Virus record (IMG/VR): IMGVR_UViG_3300032330_000150
Location: 1-26,828 of that record
Strand: one strand, 5' to 3'
DNA from: a virus
Taxonomy: Duplodnaviria; Caudoviricetes
DNA: 26,828 nt
Shown: positions 15,533 through 25,696 of the stretch, in pieces
Numbering within the stretch: position 1 is the stretch's first letter
Layout: every line of letters begins with the position of its first letter
Notes under the pieces: model-generated
Databases searched by the model: none
Told to the model about the DNA's origin: nothing
What the model saw: only the letters and a program-made list of their open reading frames with translations
Translations under genes and position numbers: made by a program

Positions 15533-17509
15533 TTAATCCTTTTTAATAATTACATTCGACATCCAGATATGGCGGCAACTTGGTGAATGATCTCCGTTAG
15601 GTTGTGTCCACCATCCACCCCTTCTATCAAATACTGAATATCCTAATCTTGCGCTGATTGTTTCAATCTCTGCTCTTGAATAAACCCTATTTAATTGCAT
15701 CATACGATGACAAAAGTATCTTGATGGATGTGCGCTTGAATCTCTTTGATTTGATGGCACAGATGGCTTCCATTCATACGAATACTTAATCATTACCGAT
15801 TTAGTTTCTGCCTTTGGCGCATTCAATTCGCTTAAAGGTTTAGGCAAAACTCTATTTGTAGTTCCTTTTACATCGGTAGATTTAATGTAGCCATTAGATT
15901 CCAAGCTATTTAATCTTCTATTAATTACTGAAATATCAGTTTTTAAAGTTGATGCAATAACCTCTGGAGTAATTCGTTTATCTTTTTGAATTAAATCTAA
16001 AATTGAAGCATCCATTGAAGTCAATTCATTAACTGCAAATTCAAGATTCATCGCCTCCTCTTCATCACTTGGATTCATTCCAAATACTTGTCGCTTTTGA
16101 AGTGAAACATATTCTTCGGCAGATTCACCAAATTGAGCAAATAAACTAATCACTTCATCTTCTGAAAATTGAAGATGTGATGACATTCCAACTACTCCAG
16201 AATCGGGAATAATTTGATTGCCTTCTTGTGTGCTTACTAAACCGGCAAGTCCACGAATCTCATTTGCAGTCATTGAGTTTAATACCTTAGTTGCAACAAT
16301 AGGAGATAGGCTATTAATTGCATCAACTACATCTTGACTTGTTGAAGTTGTTTTTGCTTCTAATTTTGGTAATCCAAGTTTCTCACGAATCTCATCTTTA
16401 GTCAAATTGTTTGCAATAGTTTGCTCACTAAATTCAATACCAATCGGTTCGACTGGTGCTATTTTAATTTCAGATGTAGAACCTCGTAATTTGGCAAGTA
16501 CATTGAATATTTGTTCAATAAATATTTGCTTATCATTGACATAAGTATTTTTAAATATCTCGTAAGAATCTCGCATCTGTTGGCGAGAACCTAATTGACC
16601 GGGAGTAGAAATTCCAAATAAGTCTGGCGCAGTAATTTGATGACCAGCATATAAGTTTTGTTGAATGATTTTATCAACATTGCTGAAATCTTCTTTTGTA
16701 ATATCACTTGCTCCTAAATCCTCAATGATTGGCTTGCGAGAAGCATCATTAGTAAATGAAAGAATAAATTTCTTGCCATCAGAACCTGTAAAACGATCCG
16801 TGAACTTACGCTCTACTTGACGCTTTTCTTCATCAGTTGGTTCGCCATTAGGCAAAGTAATTAACTTGCTTGCAGAAAATCCTGTTTGAGCATTACCAAG
16901 AATATGTTTTGAAACCTCAATGTCGGATTCAATGTAATTTAAAGCACCGAAATAACCTGGTAAAGCGTAAGCCTTTAAGTCTGGACGATATTCTTTTAGA
17001 TAAAGAATTTGCTTACCTGTTCTTAATTGTGTATTGAAAGCATTGTAAACTTCACGCTTGTATTTCTTATCTGACCAATCTTCTGAAAACCAAAACTGAG
17101 TATTATCAGCATTAGTACGAATCTTGGTATAATCAACATGGTAAACTTCTGCAATATTATCGCCAGACAATGACCAAATAACTTCGACATAAGCACCACC
17201 GAATAATTCAATATCAGTAGAAACTTTTCGAGTAATTTCATCTAAAGATTCATATTGATTTGGTTGCTCAATAAATTGGTCAGCAATAGGATCGGGATTC
17301 TCAGCTTTAAATCCGTTACCTGTAATATAATTTACCTTGCCTTTAATGATAGCATTATGCTTTGCTGACTTATTGTATAATTCAACAAGGTAATTAGGAT
17401 AATCATTACGATAACCAAATTCAATATAGCCCCCTCCTTCGCCTTTTTTCTCCTTATATTCTGGTTGTTTGGCCTCTTGGAATGAAAGTACCATTAATTC
17501 ATTACTCAT
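15533..17509 (-). CDS. Portal protein with C-terminal winged-HTH and MuF-like extensions
   Basis: FG.RNDYPNYL.ELYNKSAKHNAII.GKV.YI.G.G, D.ELFGGAY.EVIW, FTGS.G, AGHQIT.P.LFGI, and T.DEIRE.LGL motifs; 658 aa. Confidence 0.85.
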   Translation of the reverse strand: MSNELMVLSFQEAKQPEYKEKKGEGGGYIEFGYRNDYPNYLVELYNKSAKHNAIIKGKVNYITGNGFKAENPDPIADQFIEQPNQYESLDEITRKVSTDIELFGGAYVEVIWSLSGDNIAEVYHVDYTKIRTNADNTQFWFSEDWSDKKYKREVYNAFNTQLRTGKQILYLKEYRPDLKAYALPGYFGALNYIESDIEVSKHILGNAQTGFSASKLITLPNGEPTDEEKRQVERKFTDRFTGSDGKKFILSFTNDASRKPIIEDLGASDITKEDFSNVDKIIQQNLYAGHQITAPDLFGISTPGQLGSRQQMRDSYEIFKNTYVNDKQIFIEQIFNVLAKLRGSTSEIKIAPVEPIGIEFSEQTIANNLTKDEIREKLGLPKLEAKTTSTSQDVVDAINSLSPIVATKVLNSMTANEIRGLAGLVSTQEGNQIIPDSGVVGMSSHLQFSEDEVISLFAQFGESAEEYVSLQKRQVFGMNPSDEEEAMNLEFAVNELTSMDASILDLIQKDKRITPEVIASTLKTDISVINRRLNSLESNGYIKSTDVKGTTNRVLPKPLSELNAPKAETKSVMIKYSYEWKPSVPSNQRDSSAHPSRYFCHRMMQLNRVYSRAEIETISARLGYSVFDRRGGWWTQPNGDHSPSCRHIWMSNVIIKKD

Positions 17510-17892
17510 ATATCTCGTACTTTATATGTATTACTTACTGAAGTATAGGTATTAAATGAGAATTGTGAAGAATCATTTAATGTAAATTGCCCTTTTTCTA
17601 CGATTCCAGTTGCTAAACTTGGATTTAAATTGCTTGTTGATGCTTGCTCGTACACAATATATGACCATTCGCCATTGGTTGATGAAGCAAAGTAATTAGA
17701 AGTGATGATACTGAACTTATTATATCTTGATTTGAAACTTGATGTATCTGCTCCATTCAAAATAACGAATGAAACTTGCTCATTTGTATTCCTTGAAGTG
17801 CATACAAATAAGTAATTAGGCGAATTTAAAGTGCATTTTTCGCTTAATGTTAATACTACGGAATTGGTTTGACCTTTAATTAAGTGTATCAT
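17506..17892 (-). CDS. Hypothetical virion structural protein (beta-rich)
   Basis: 128 aa between the tail tube and portal genes; ATGA overlap with the portal. Confidence 0.65.
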   Translation of the reverse strand: MIHLIKGQTNSVVLTLSEKCTLNSPNYLFVCTSRNTNEQVSFVILNGADTSSFKSRYNKFSIITSNYFASSTNGEWSYIVYEQASTSNLNPSLATGIVEKGQFTLNDSSQFSFNTYTSVSNTYKVRDI

Positions 17893-17926
17893 CTTTTATA
17901 AATAGCAAATAATTCAATATTACTAT

Positions 17927-17955
17927 AAAAAAGAAAAGGAGGAACTCTGTCCTCC
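17927..17955 (-). terminator. Intrinsic terminator after the tail tube gene
   Basis: GGAGGA-CAGAGU-UCCUCC followed by UUUUCUUUUUU. Confidence 0.85.
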
Positions 17956-17983
17956 AATTCTAACCTAATCAACCAAACTATCT

Positions 17984-18496
17984 TTAAGCTATTAAGCCAG
18001 CAATGATAGAAGATGAAACTTCCGGTGCCATATTGGCTTCCATTGCAGAGAAAGTAAGCGTATAACCAGAACGATCTCCTTGAGCCGTTCCTGTTGCACC
18101 ACTTCCACCTGTAACATTGATTCCGTTAGTTTTACCAAGTAACCAATATTTACCATTATTATCAGTTACAACTGCAACTAATACATTCTTAGCAAGCAAT
18201 AGAATCTCATTTCGAGTATTCGCTTGAAGCTTATTTAAAATGATTGATAATTCTTGACCGTAATATACCGTTCCGTTTGCAACATTTGCATTGATGTTTT
18301 CAGTCAAAGAAGAAGTAGCTGGTACTAATTCATATTTACGGAAAACTTTACCAGCACCTTTAGTGATTGCAGTTACAACACCAGAAGCTTCAGTAATTGC
18401 TGATAAGTTTTTAAATTCAATGAAGTAAACTTCGGTAATACCACCTAAAGAATCACGGCAATCAAGAGCGTAACCTTGTGTTAATGCGCAAGCCAT
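17984..18496 (-). CDS. Putative major tail tube protein
   Basis: 170 aa; MACALTQGYALDCRDSLGGI..VYF...TGTAQGDRSGYTLTF pattern; flanked by terminators, consistent with high expression. Confidence 0.7.
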   Translation of the reverse strand: MACALTQGYALDCRDSLGGITEVYFIEFKNLSAITEASGVVTAITKGAGKVFRKYELVPATSSLTENINANVANGTVYYGQELSIILNKLQANTRNEILLLAKNVLVAVVTDNNGKYWLLGKTNGINVTGGSGATGTAQGDRSGYTLTFSAMEANMAPEVSSSIIAGLIA

Positions 18497-18517
18497 ATTA
18501 TTTTCTTTTAAAGTGTT

Positions 18518-18550
18518 AAAATAGGGCAGATTAACTTAATAACCTGCCCA
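18518..18550 (-). terminator. Intrinsic terminator after the major capsid gene
   Basis: GGGCAGGUUA...UAAUCUGCCC followed by UAUUUU; the short U tract suggests it is leaky. Confidence 0.7.
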
Positions 18551-18556
18551 ATTAAA

Positions 18557-19519
18557 TTATGCTAAAATGAAATCAACAATTTCAGCTGGGAAAGCGAAGT
18601 TTACACCCATTTTGAACTCAGATACAAAACGTACTTGGTCTGCTTCTTTAGCGTAGAACAATTCGAATTTCTCTTCTTCGTTCAACAAGTCAGTACCTAA
18701 GAATAAGTTGCTCAAACGTGCTGCATAGATTTTAGAAGTACCATTCAAACCTTGAACTGCAATTACCTTGATAGTTGTACCCGGTAATACAAATTCTGAA
18801 TCTGCTTTACCATCGAAGTTGTAAGCAAATAAGTTAGCATTTTTCAATGCGATTTGATAAGTACGGAATACATCCATACCAACAAAGATAGCTACATCAT
18901 CGTAAGAAACGATTTGCGCTGGAATTGCTTTGTAAACTGCATCAACTACTGCAATAACATTTGAAGTTGTGATACCAGCAGAAGCAGCTAATGGAGTACC
19001 ATAGTATCCAGAAGTGTTAGCGTGAATTACTGAAGCAGAAGCAGCGTTAACCAACTTAACAAAACCATCGAATTTGTTCAAGTTCACATTCGCAGAACCT
19101 GTATCTCCTTGCCAGATTGTTTCTTCTAATTGCTTTGCGATTGTAGCAGCTTTCTTTTGAGAGAATTGCTCTGCAAATACGATTGAATCATAAGTTGATC
19201 CAGCTGGTAATGCTTGTTGTAAATACTTTGCATTTAAATCTTTAGGGCAAAGAGCTTCGTTTACTTTGATTTTACCAACTGTTACTGAACGCTGAGTAAA
19301 AGTAGTTGAGCCAGATGCAGTGAAACCACAAGAAGAACCATCTTGGAAGATAGCATCTGTATCCATAATGTTGATAGTTTCAGATGACTTAACTCCTACC
19401 ATCACATTACCTTGAGCCTTGATTAATGAAGCAGTCTTTGCTCCCAATACTGAAGATGTTACTAATTCTTGTGCGTTTTGGATAGTATAGTCCGATAACG
19501 CAGATACATTGAATGACAT
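18557..19519 (-). CDS. Major capsid protein
   Basis: 320 aa after protease and scaffold, followed by a terminator; IAKQLEETIWQGD...KFDGF motif of HK97-fold capsids. Confidence 0.85.
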   Translation of the reverse strand: MSFNVSALSDYTIQNAQELVTSSVLGAKTASLIKAQGNVMVGVKSSETINIMDTDAIFQDGSSCGFTASGSTTFTQRSVTVGKIKVNEALCPKDLNAKYLQQALPAGSTYDSIVFAEQFSQKKAATIAKQLEETIWQGDTGSANVNLNKFDGFVKLVNAASASVIHANTSGYYGTPLAASAGITTSNVIAVVDAVYKAIPAQIVSYDDVAIFVGMDVFRTYQIALKNANLFAYNFDGKADSEFVLPGTTIKVIAVQGLNGTSKIYAARLSNLFLGTDLLNEEEKFELFYAKEADQVRFVSEFKMGVNFAFPAEIVDFILA

Positions 19520-19530
19520 ATTATTTTAAT

Positions 19531-20121
19531 TTAAGATTTTAATGATTTAATTCTGTCTAAAAAACGGCTTTCTTTGTCAGCTTTCTTTTCAACATTTGCA
19601 AAAGTAGATTTTGGAACTTGTGTAGGTTCTGCGCTTGGTGCTTTAGCCAAATCGCTAACTAAATCCAATACTTGCTCAAATGCAGAATTGAACTTGCCTT
19701 CCATTTCTTCCAACTTAATTTTTAAAGCATCGTTTTCAGCTTTCAATTCAGAGATACCTAACTCAACTGCCTCGAATTTATCTTCGGACATTGTAGCTGG
19801 TTGCATCTCATCTTGTGGCATTTCACCTTCAACTGCATCCGATTCTGGAAGTGCAATTTCAGATATTTTACCACCTGTTACAACAATGGAAGTACCATCT
19901 GCTAATTCGTATTCCCCATCTGGGCAAACGGCAGAGTTTCCAGTTGCATCCACTAACATCGCATCTGCACCAATCTCCAATGAAGTTAAATCAATCTTAC
20001 TACCATCTTTAAGGTCATAAGTTTCAAAGTTCATTGCAGTAGGTACATCTGGCGCAACAACAGTTCCCTCTTGTGTATTAAGGAGAACTTTGATTTTGTC
20101 AATCGCTTCGTTTACTGTCAT
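19531..20121 (-). CDS. Putative capsid scaffolding protein
   Basis: Acidic; PDGEYELADG motif, coiled coil and basic C-terminal helix; between protease and capsid genes. Confidence 0.7.
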   Translation of the reverse strand: MTVNEAIDKIKVLLNTQEGTVVAPDVPTAMNFETYDLKDGSKIDLTSLEIGADAMLVDATGNSAVCPDGEYELADGTSIVVTGGKISEIALPESDAVEGEMPQDEMQPATMSEDKFEAVELGISELKAENDALKIKLEEMEGKFNSAFEQVLDLVSDLAKAPSAEPTQVPKSTFANVEKKADKESRFLDRIKSLKS

Positions 20122-20177
20122 TTTAAAAATTTTGTTTGTACTCGTTTATAAATAATTTAATTGTAATTCTTTATCTT

Positions 20178-20762
20178 TTAAACTTGCTCAAGGATTTCGC
20201 AGATTTGCTCCCACATCTTTTGATTACTATCAACTTGCTTCTTATAATTGAATAATCCTTCAACACTAAAGCCACTAAATTTGCCAGCTTTTACATCTGC
20301 CCAAACTTGTGGATTATCAATCTTGAAAGAGCCAAACCAACTACCAGTTGGCGCATCTTCAAATCCTTTCATTGGCATAATTCCTCTTGATGGATCGCAG
20401 ATAAAAGATTCAAACATTGTAACTCCTTGCACTTGCTGATTTGTATCGTGCATCAAGTTTACATTGTTTTGGAATCCCTTTTGAAAGAATTTCTGAACGA
20501 TTTGCTCAATAGTTTGCGGAGAGAATGTTACATAATACTCGCCATTCTTATCATTACGATAGATAGGAGTATCTGCAATCATTAACGGACCGGAAATAAT
20601 CTGCTTTTCCTCTGATTGAATCTCAAACTTAAATTCCTTATTCTCATTAAATGCAAGGAAGTTTCGTTGAATAGCTGGATTATCTACTAATGCAACAAAA
20701 TCTACTTCTGATTGGTCATCTAAATCTGTTGAGATTTCTAAAGCGTAAACTGGTAAATTCAT
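20178..20762 (-). CDS. Prohead protease (XkdF-like serine peptidase)
   Basis: VALVDNPAIQ, NVNLMH, GSWF, and VWADVKAGKFSGFSVEG motifs. Confidence 0.85.
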   Translation of the reverse strand: MNLPVYALEISTDLDDQSEVDFVALVDNPAIQRNFLAFNENKEFKFEIQSEEKQIISGPLMIADTPIYRNDKNGEYYVTFSPQTIEQIVQKFFQKGFQNNVNLMHDTNQQVQGVTMFESFICDPSRGIMPMKGFEDAPTGSWFGSFKIDNPQVWADVKAGKFSGFSVEGLFNYKKQVDSNQKMWEQICEILEQV

Positions 20763-20765
20763 ATT

Positions 20766-22406
20766 TTAAAACCTTGCGGCATTTTGGATTCTTTGGATTC
20801 TATTTTGTGAGTTTGAAATATCAGATTCAACTACATACGCTCTAGCCACTACATTTTGAATTGCATTTAATGAAGTAGAATTTAATTGAGTTGGTACCGG
20901 CATTTGAATTTGTGGAATAACTGGTGCAGATGTATCAATACTTGGCGCACTTGTTGCTCCACCACTTCCACTTGAAGAAGCTGATTGGATAATGTTTTTA
21001 GCTTGAGCAATGTTGGCTAAAATCTTAATTATACCAACTGCATATTTTGCAAATCCAGATAAACCTCCTGTTGCCAAGTTGTCGGCAGATGGTGCAGAAG
21101 TTGATGCAGTTAAACCCGAAATTGCAAGTCCTGTATCAACTGCAACTTGAGCCAATGCTAACCCCTTTTGCAAATCTGTTCCTTGCTCTGCCATTCCAGA
21201 AAGAATACCAAATACATCTCCAGCTAAAGCAATTTTTTGTTTTGATGTAGCTTCGGCAATTTTTACTTCTTTAGTACCAGCATTCTCGATTTTTTTACCA
21301 AGTTTATCCATTCGGATTTCTTGGTTTTTAGCAGTCTGTTCTGCAATCTTTTCTAAAATAGATTTAGCATTATGCGCTTCTTGAATCCTATCATCATAAA
21401 GTTGCTTATCTGCTCTTTCATATTCAAGATATTTGCCGTGCATATATGAAGCATACTCTTGCTCCGCTTGTTGCTTAATCTTATTTAACTCGTCTTGATG
21501 TGCTTTTTCTTGCTTTTGCTTTGAAACATTATCTTGAGCAATAATAATTGCTTTATTTGTATTTAAATCTTGAAGCTTCTGTAGTTCTTCATCGGTATAT
21601 TTACCATTTAATTTAGCTTTCTCATTAATTAGCTTTTTCTCATTCTCAATTTGCTCAATCTTCTTTTTATTAATCTTATCGGATGTGCTACCTCCAGCCT
21701 CTAATAATTTAATCTCATTTTCAAGTTCAGCATTTCTATTTTTAGTTTGCTTTGCTAATTTATCAACTGACCTCTCTGCTTGAGATGTTATTCCAACAAA
21801 ATCGGTAAACTTTTCTACTAATGCTCCTACCGTATCTACTAATCCTTTAAATCCCGGAATGGCTTTATAAATAGCTTCCTTTACTGCCTCAAAATTTGCT
21901 ATAACTAAGCCTAAACCAATGGCTAATACACCAATACCTGTTGCAATAATAGCACCTCTTAGAGTAGAAAATGCAGATAATACTTGTGTTTTAATTACTA
22001 AAGCTAAGTTCTTAAAACCATCAATCGAACCCATGATTGAGTTTAATCCTTCAGATAAAGCTAATGCAGCTTGTACTTTGAGTAATTGCTTTTGTACATT
22101 CTCTGATTCAACACCAAATAAAGCTAATGCTCCTTGAGCAGCAGAAAAAGCACCAGCAACACCAGCAATAGATTGACCGAATGCTTTAAATTTAGCATCT
22201 GGATTAAATGCTTCAATAGTAGCTTTTGCATCGCCAATTCTGTCCTTTAATTCGGCTGCTCTTTTTGCAGCAGTAGCAATCTCTTTTGCAGATGCTCCAG
22301 CTTTATTCTGTAAATTTGCTAATTCAGCAACTGCCTCCTTTAATTGGGAGCGCAGACTTTTGGTATCTGCTACAAGATTAATCCCTACCGTTTCATTTAC
22401 TGCCAT
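20766..22406 (-). CDS. Tape measure protein (short)
   Basis: 546 aa, Ala/Lys/Gln-rich helical with amphipathic and hydrophobic segments; C-terminal RAYVVESDI motif. Confidence 0.75.
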   Translation of the reverse strand: MAVNETVGINLVADTKSLRSQLKEAVAELANLQNKAGASAKEIATAAKRAAELKDRIGDAKATIEAFNPDAKFKAFGQSIAGVAGAFSAAQGALALFGVESENVQKQLLKVQAALALSEGLNSIMGSIDGFKNLALVIKTQVLSAFSTLRGAIIATGIGVLAIGLGLVIANFEAVKEAIYKAIPGFKGLVDTVGALVEKFTDFVGITSQAERSVDKLAKQTKNRNAELENEIKLLEAGGSTSDKINKKKIEQIENEKKLINEKAKLNGKYTDEELQKLQDLNTNKAIIIAQDNVSKQKQEKAHQDELNKIKQQAEQEYASYMHGKYLEYERADKQLYDDRIQEAHNAKSILEKIAEQTAKNQEIRMDKLGKKIENAGTKEVKIAEATSKQKIALAGDVFGILSGMAEQGTDLQKGLALAQVAVDTGLAISGLTASTSAPSADNLATGGLSGFAKYAVGIIKILANIAQAKNIIQSASSSGSGGATSAPSIDTSAPVIPQIQMPVPTQLNSTSLNAIQNVVARAYVVESDISNSQNRIQRIQNAARF

Positions 22407-24559
22407 TATGCGTATGTGGTTTCAAGCACTTTTAATAATTCAACCTTTGTAGTTTGGAATAGATTAGGATTGAAATCAACTATCTTATTTAATCTCCACA
22501 ATGCTCCATTCAAATAAATTAATTGAGCAAAATCAAGTGAATAAATATCTTGGATAGTCAAATATAAATAGCAAGTAAGTAGTTTTGAATCCTTGCCAGT
22601 AATCTCTGCCAAGTAATCTCCCCAAAATGCCGTAAATAAATTGGCAGTTGGATAATCTGTTGATAGACTAAATAACGTTTCATTTGGAACTCCAAAATTA
22701 ATATCATTTGTTGGAGTTATCGGATTATCAATATGACCAGCATAGCCATAAGTTGTTATTAAACTTGATTTATTGCCATTACCAGCTTCGCTTGGTTCTT
22801 GAATATGATATGATTGACTTAATCCTGTAATCTTAGCAAACTGCATTATTCGAAGCTTATGGTCTTTGCGTTCCTCAGTTCCGTTATTAGATTTATAAAT
22901 ATTAACTGCAAACTTTGGATCGACTGAACGCTTGACTAATACTCCGGGAGCAAAGATTAATTTGGTTTCAAATCTATCAGATGCAAATTCATAGTTTGTA
23001 TCTTCCTTTCTATCTCCATAATTAAGATTGTATTTCTTTTGATAAGCTTCAGTTAAAAAGTCATCATCATCATCATAAAAGAAATCATAATATCGAGCAT
23101 TTAATTCGCTCATTGGTTTTATTGTAATAGGCTGACCATAATCAAGCTTCTCATTCCAATTAATTGAATTTGCTACTGGATCGGAAAGCAAAAGCAAACC
23201 TGTTGAATCTCCCGATTCCCCATGCAAGAATAATTCGCCTAAATCGTTAATCTTTAGAAATCCAGCACCTGTATTATAGAAATCAATATAAGGCTCAATA
23301 TTTAAATGATTACTTTTATTTGCATCCTCCCATACATAGAGATTGAACATTCTACAAATGGAGATAAAGAAATCCTTTTGCTGAATATTCTTTGGAAGCA
23401 AATCATTCATTATTAAACTATCACCATATACTGCTTTGATTAATGTCTTGGTATCCAAATCAAAATCAAATTCAATATTATCAGTATGAAAATTATAATT
23501 TGAGTTACCAGTAGCTGATGCAGTTACTGCAATTTGAATTGTATCTCCGTTATTTAAAGTAGTGCTTATTAATTGGTCTAAATCAAAAGCACTTGTAGCA
23601 GTTCCATTCTTGGCTAAAATGCCAGACCAAATCGTTGTTGAATTTTGAATTAAAGCAATGGTAATATCCTTAGTTGAGGAATATGTACCACTTCCGAATA
23701 TTTTAAATTTACCTATTGATCCATTTGAGCCTGTGAATGTAAATACATTGCCAGCCGTATTTGTGAATTGATATTGATTAATTGAATTGAATACTATTGC
23801 ATAATCTGTTGATGTTGTAGTTTGATTGGCTGATTGTGCATTTAATAAATTTGAACGCAGAATATTCATATCTCCACTATTATTCGGAATAATAAGAGAT
23901 TTGAAGAATGTTGAATCAAAGAAAGCCGATGAATAAGTATATTTTGCTTTAGTAATAATGGCATTTACCAATTCTTTTACAAAGAAAGCTGGTCGAAAAG
24001 CGTTCATGTGATAGTCATGGTCGCCACTTTTACATTGCCCATAATCAATTAAAGGGAATACAATACCACTACCACCACTTACATTCCAAGAATTGATAAT
24101 ATTAGTTTCAGTCCATACGGTATTATAAGAAGAAAATACCTTTAAATCTTCTAATAATGAGTTTCCAATAGCTGAAGAAAAGCCTCCAAGTTCTCCAAAT
24201 ACGCTACATTCATACTCAATAAAGCCTTTATCAATATTGACTTGCATCAATCTGATTACACCTTTAAATATTTGTATTTTATTATGATATATCTTACAAG
24301 ATGCCGAACGCGTAGGATCGAAGTTATAACCAACATTTGCGCCAGTAGAATGATAACCATAATTATTGCCAGCACCAAAATCGTATATGTGGCCAAATAC
24401 CTTATTATTATTTGCATTGCCTGGTATAGTTATAGTCTTTGAATAATTTGTATTCCTTGAAGCAAAATCTTTGACATCATCAATAGCGTAATTTAATTCT
24501 GCACCAATGTCAGAAAATAAATCAAGCCTTTGCCCTTCAACATATATCTCTGTAATCAT
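22406..24559 (-). CDS. Tail tip/baseplate hub-like structural protein
   Basis: 717 aa; N-terminal LDL...I.DVKD..SR.TNYSKTITIPG..NNNK.F motif; next to the tape measure gene. Confidence 0.65.
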   Translation of the reverse strand: MITEIYVEGQRLDLFSDIGAELNYAIDDVKDFASRNTNYSKTITIPGNANNNKVFGHIYDFGAGNNYGYHSTGANVGYNFDPTRSASCKIYHNKIQIFKGVIRLMQVNIDKGFIEYECSVFGELGGFSSAIGNSLLEDLKVFSSYNTVWTETNIINSWNVSGGSGIVFPLIDYGQCKSGDHDYHMNAFRPAFFVKELVNAIITKAKYTYSSAFFDSTFFKSLIIPNNSGDMNILRSNLLNAQSANQTTTSTDYAIVFNSINQYQFTNTAGNVFTFTGSNGSIGKFKIFGSGTYSSTKDITIALIQNSTTIWSGILAKNGTATSAFDLDQLISTTLNNGDTIQIAVTASATGNSNYNFHTDNIEFDFDLDTKTLIKAVYGDSLIMNDLLPKNIQQKDFFISICRMFNLYVWEDANKSNHLNIEPYIDFYNTGAGFLKINDLGELFLHGESGDSTGLLLLSDPVANSINWNEKLDYGQPITIKPMSELNARYYDFFYDDDDDFLTEAYQKKYNLNYGDRKEDTNYEFASDRFETKLIFAPGVLVKRSVDPKFAVNIYKSNNGTEERKDHKLRIMQFAKITGLSQSYHIQEPSEAGNGNKSSLITTYGYAGHIDNPITPTNDINFGVPNETLFSLSTDYPTANLFTAFWGDYLAEITGKDSKLLTCYLYLTIQDIYSLDFAQLIYLNGALWRLNKIVDFNPNLFQTTKVELLKVLETTYA

Positions 24560-25696
24560 CTATCTAAATTGAGCGTAAGTAGTTTTACCTAAATCAAATG
24601 TCAATTCAAAATTGAACATCTTATCTGAATTATAATTCTTTTCCTCCCAGTTTTGAGTTTGGAAGGTGATTGGATAATAATCGCCATTGATGCAATAGTA
24701 AACCTCATTACTTGCAAGCAATTCAGAACCCCAATTATAATCAGTAACAGATAAGTAATCTGAAACTATTTTATATGAGTTATCAATGCTTGTAGCAAAG
24801 TTTGTCATACCTCCATAATAACGATTATAAGAATCTTTATAACTCATTGAGCCACCACTTCGAACATAATCAACTGAATCATAATTCTTGTGGTTGAATT
24901 TCTTCATGTTTCTTGATAGCAATCTCGAAGCAAAAGTATCATAACCACCAAAAGCATTTTGGAAAACTAAATAAACTGGAGTAAATCTTGGTGCGCAAGT
25001 CTGCGATAGTTTGATTGTATCGCTTCCAATTGTTACCGAATAGGCAAATGTACTATCTGATATAAAAGAACTTCCTAAATAGCTATTAATCGCAGTAGGA
25101 GATATGTCTAAAAGTAATGATTGACTTGTTGATATTCCAGAACCTATTGAAGATGAGCCGTTATTTGTTCCATCTTCATTCAATTTTTGAATCGTTGCAG
25201 TTACATTGGCTGCATCAGCATTAAAATAAGTGATAAAGAACTTCTCGCCACTCATTACTTTTGCTTGTGTCTTATCTCTTGTTGTCAAAAATTTATTGGC
25301 AAATGTTGATAAGCTTGTACGATAAGGATTTAAGATGTATTGCCAAGCTGAATAATTACCAGAAGTTAAATTTGTGTAAGTAGTTCCACCATATTCTTCT
25401 CCGAAATTAACTGTGTAGTCAATGTGCAATCCATCAGATGCGCCTTGTAGCAATCCACTTCCGGTAGGGATAAATGTGCTACTAAAGTAGTTTCTGATAA
25501 TAGGAGCCGTATCGAATACTCCGTAGCCTCCCGAATCTGGGAATATTTTAATTGTGGCGATTGTGATGCCACCAAATGATACATCAAATACATATTTGAA
25601 AGATGATTGATTTGAATTGGTTGAAGAGCATACAATCCACATCGAATCAGATGCTGATGAATATGCTCCCGGACTACTTGTTATTGTTATTGCCAT
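24560..25696 (-). CDS. Tail structural protein (distal-tail-like)
   Basis: 378 aa, S/T/Y-rich, with FQNAFGGYDTF and L..S.EVY motifs; in the tail module. Confidence 0.6.
   Translation of the reverse strand: MAITITSSPGAYSSASDSMWIVCSSTNSNQSSFKYVFDVSFGGITIATIKIFPDSGGYGVFDTAPIIRNYFSSTFIPTGSGLLQGASDGLHIDYTVNFGEEYGGTTYTNLTSGNYSAWQYILNPYRTSLSTFANKFLTTRDKTQAKVMSGEKFFITYFNADAANVTATIQKLNEDGTNNGSSSIGSGISTSQSLLLDISPTAINSYLGSSFISDSTFAYSVTIGSDTIKLSQTCAPRFTPVYLVFQNAFGGYDTFASRLLSRNMKKFNHKNYDSVDYVRSGGSMSYKDSYNRYYGGMTNFATSIDNSYKIVSDYLSVTDYNWGSELLASNEVYYCINGDYYPITFQTQNWEEKNYNSDKMFNFELTFDLGKTTYAQFR

Noticed and set aside
17897-20154. T4-type late promoter TATAAATA
   Set aside because: It reads TATAAATA only on the non-coding strand, so it would point antisense. 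Reported instead as a TATTTATA coding-strand motif.
753-24442. All plus-strand ORFs in the track (e.g. 753-1061, 3840-4136, 7123-7365, 12253-12534, 19574-20020, 21919-22137)
   Set aside because: They are antisense shadows of well-supported minus-strand genes. 3840-4136 is better explained by two coupled minus-strand ORFs (3947-4072 and 3795-3950).
4842-25635. Nested same-strand alternative-frame ORFs 4842-5168, 17023-17241 and 25366-25635
   Set aside because: Fully embedded in larger genes, with no motif, lipobox or slippery site to support them.
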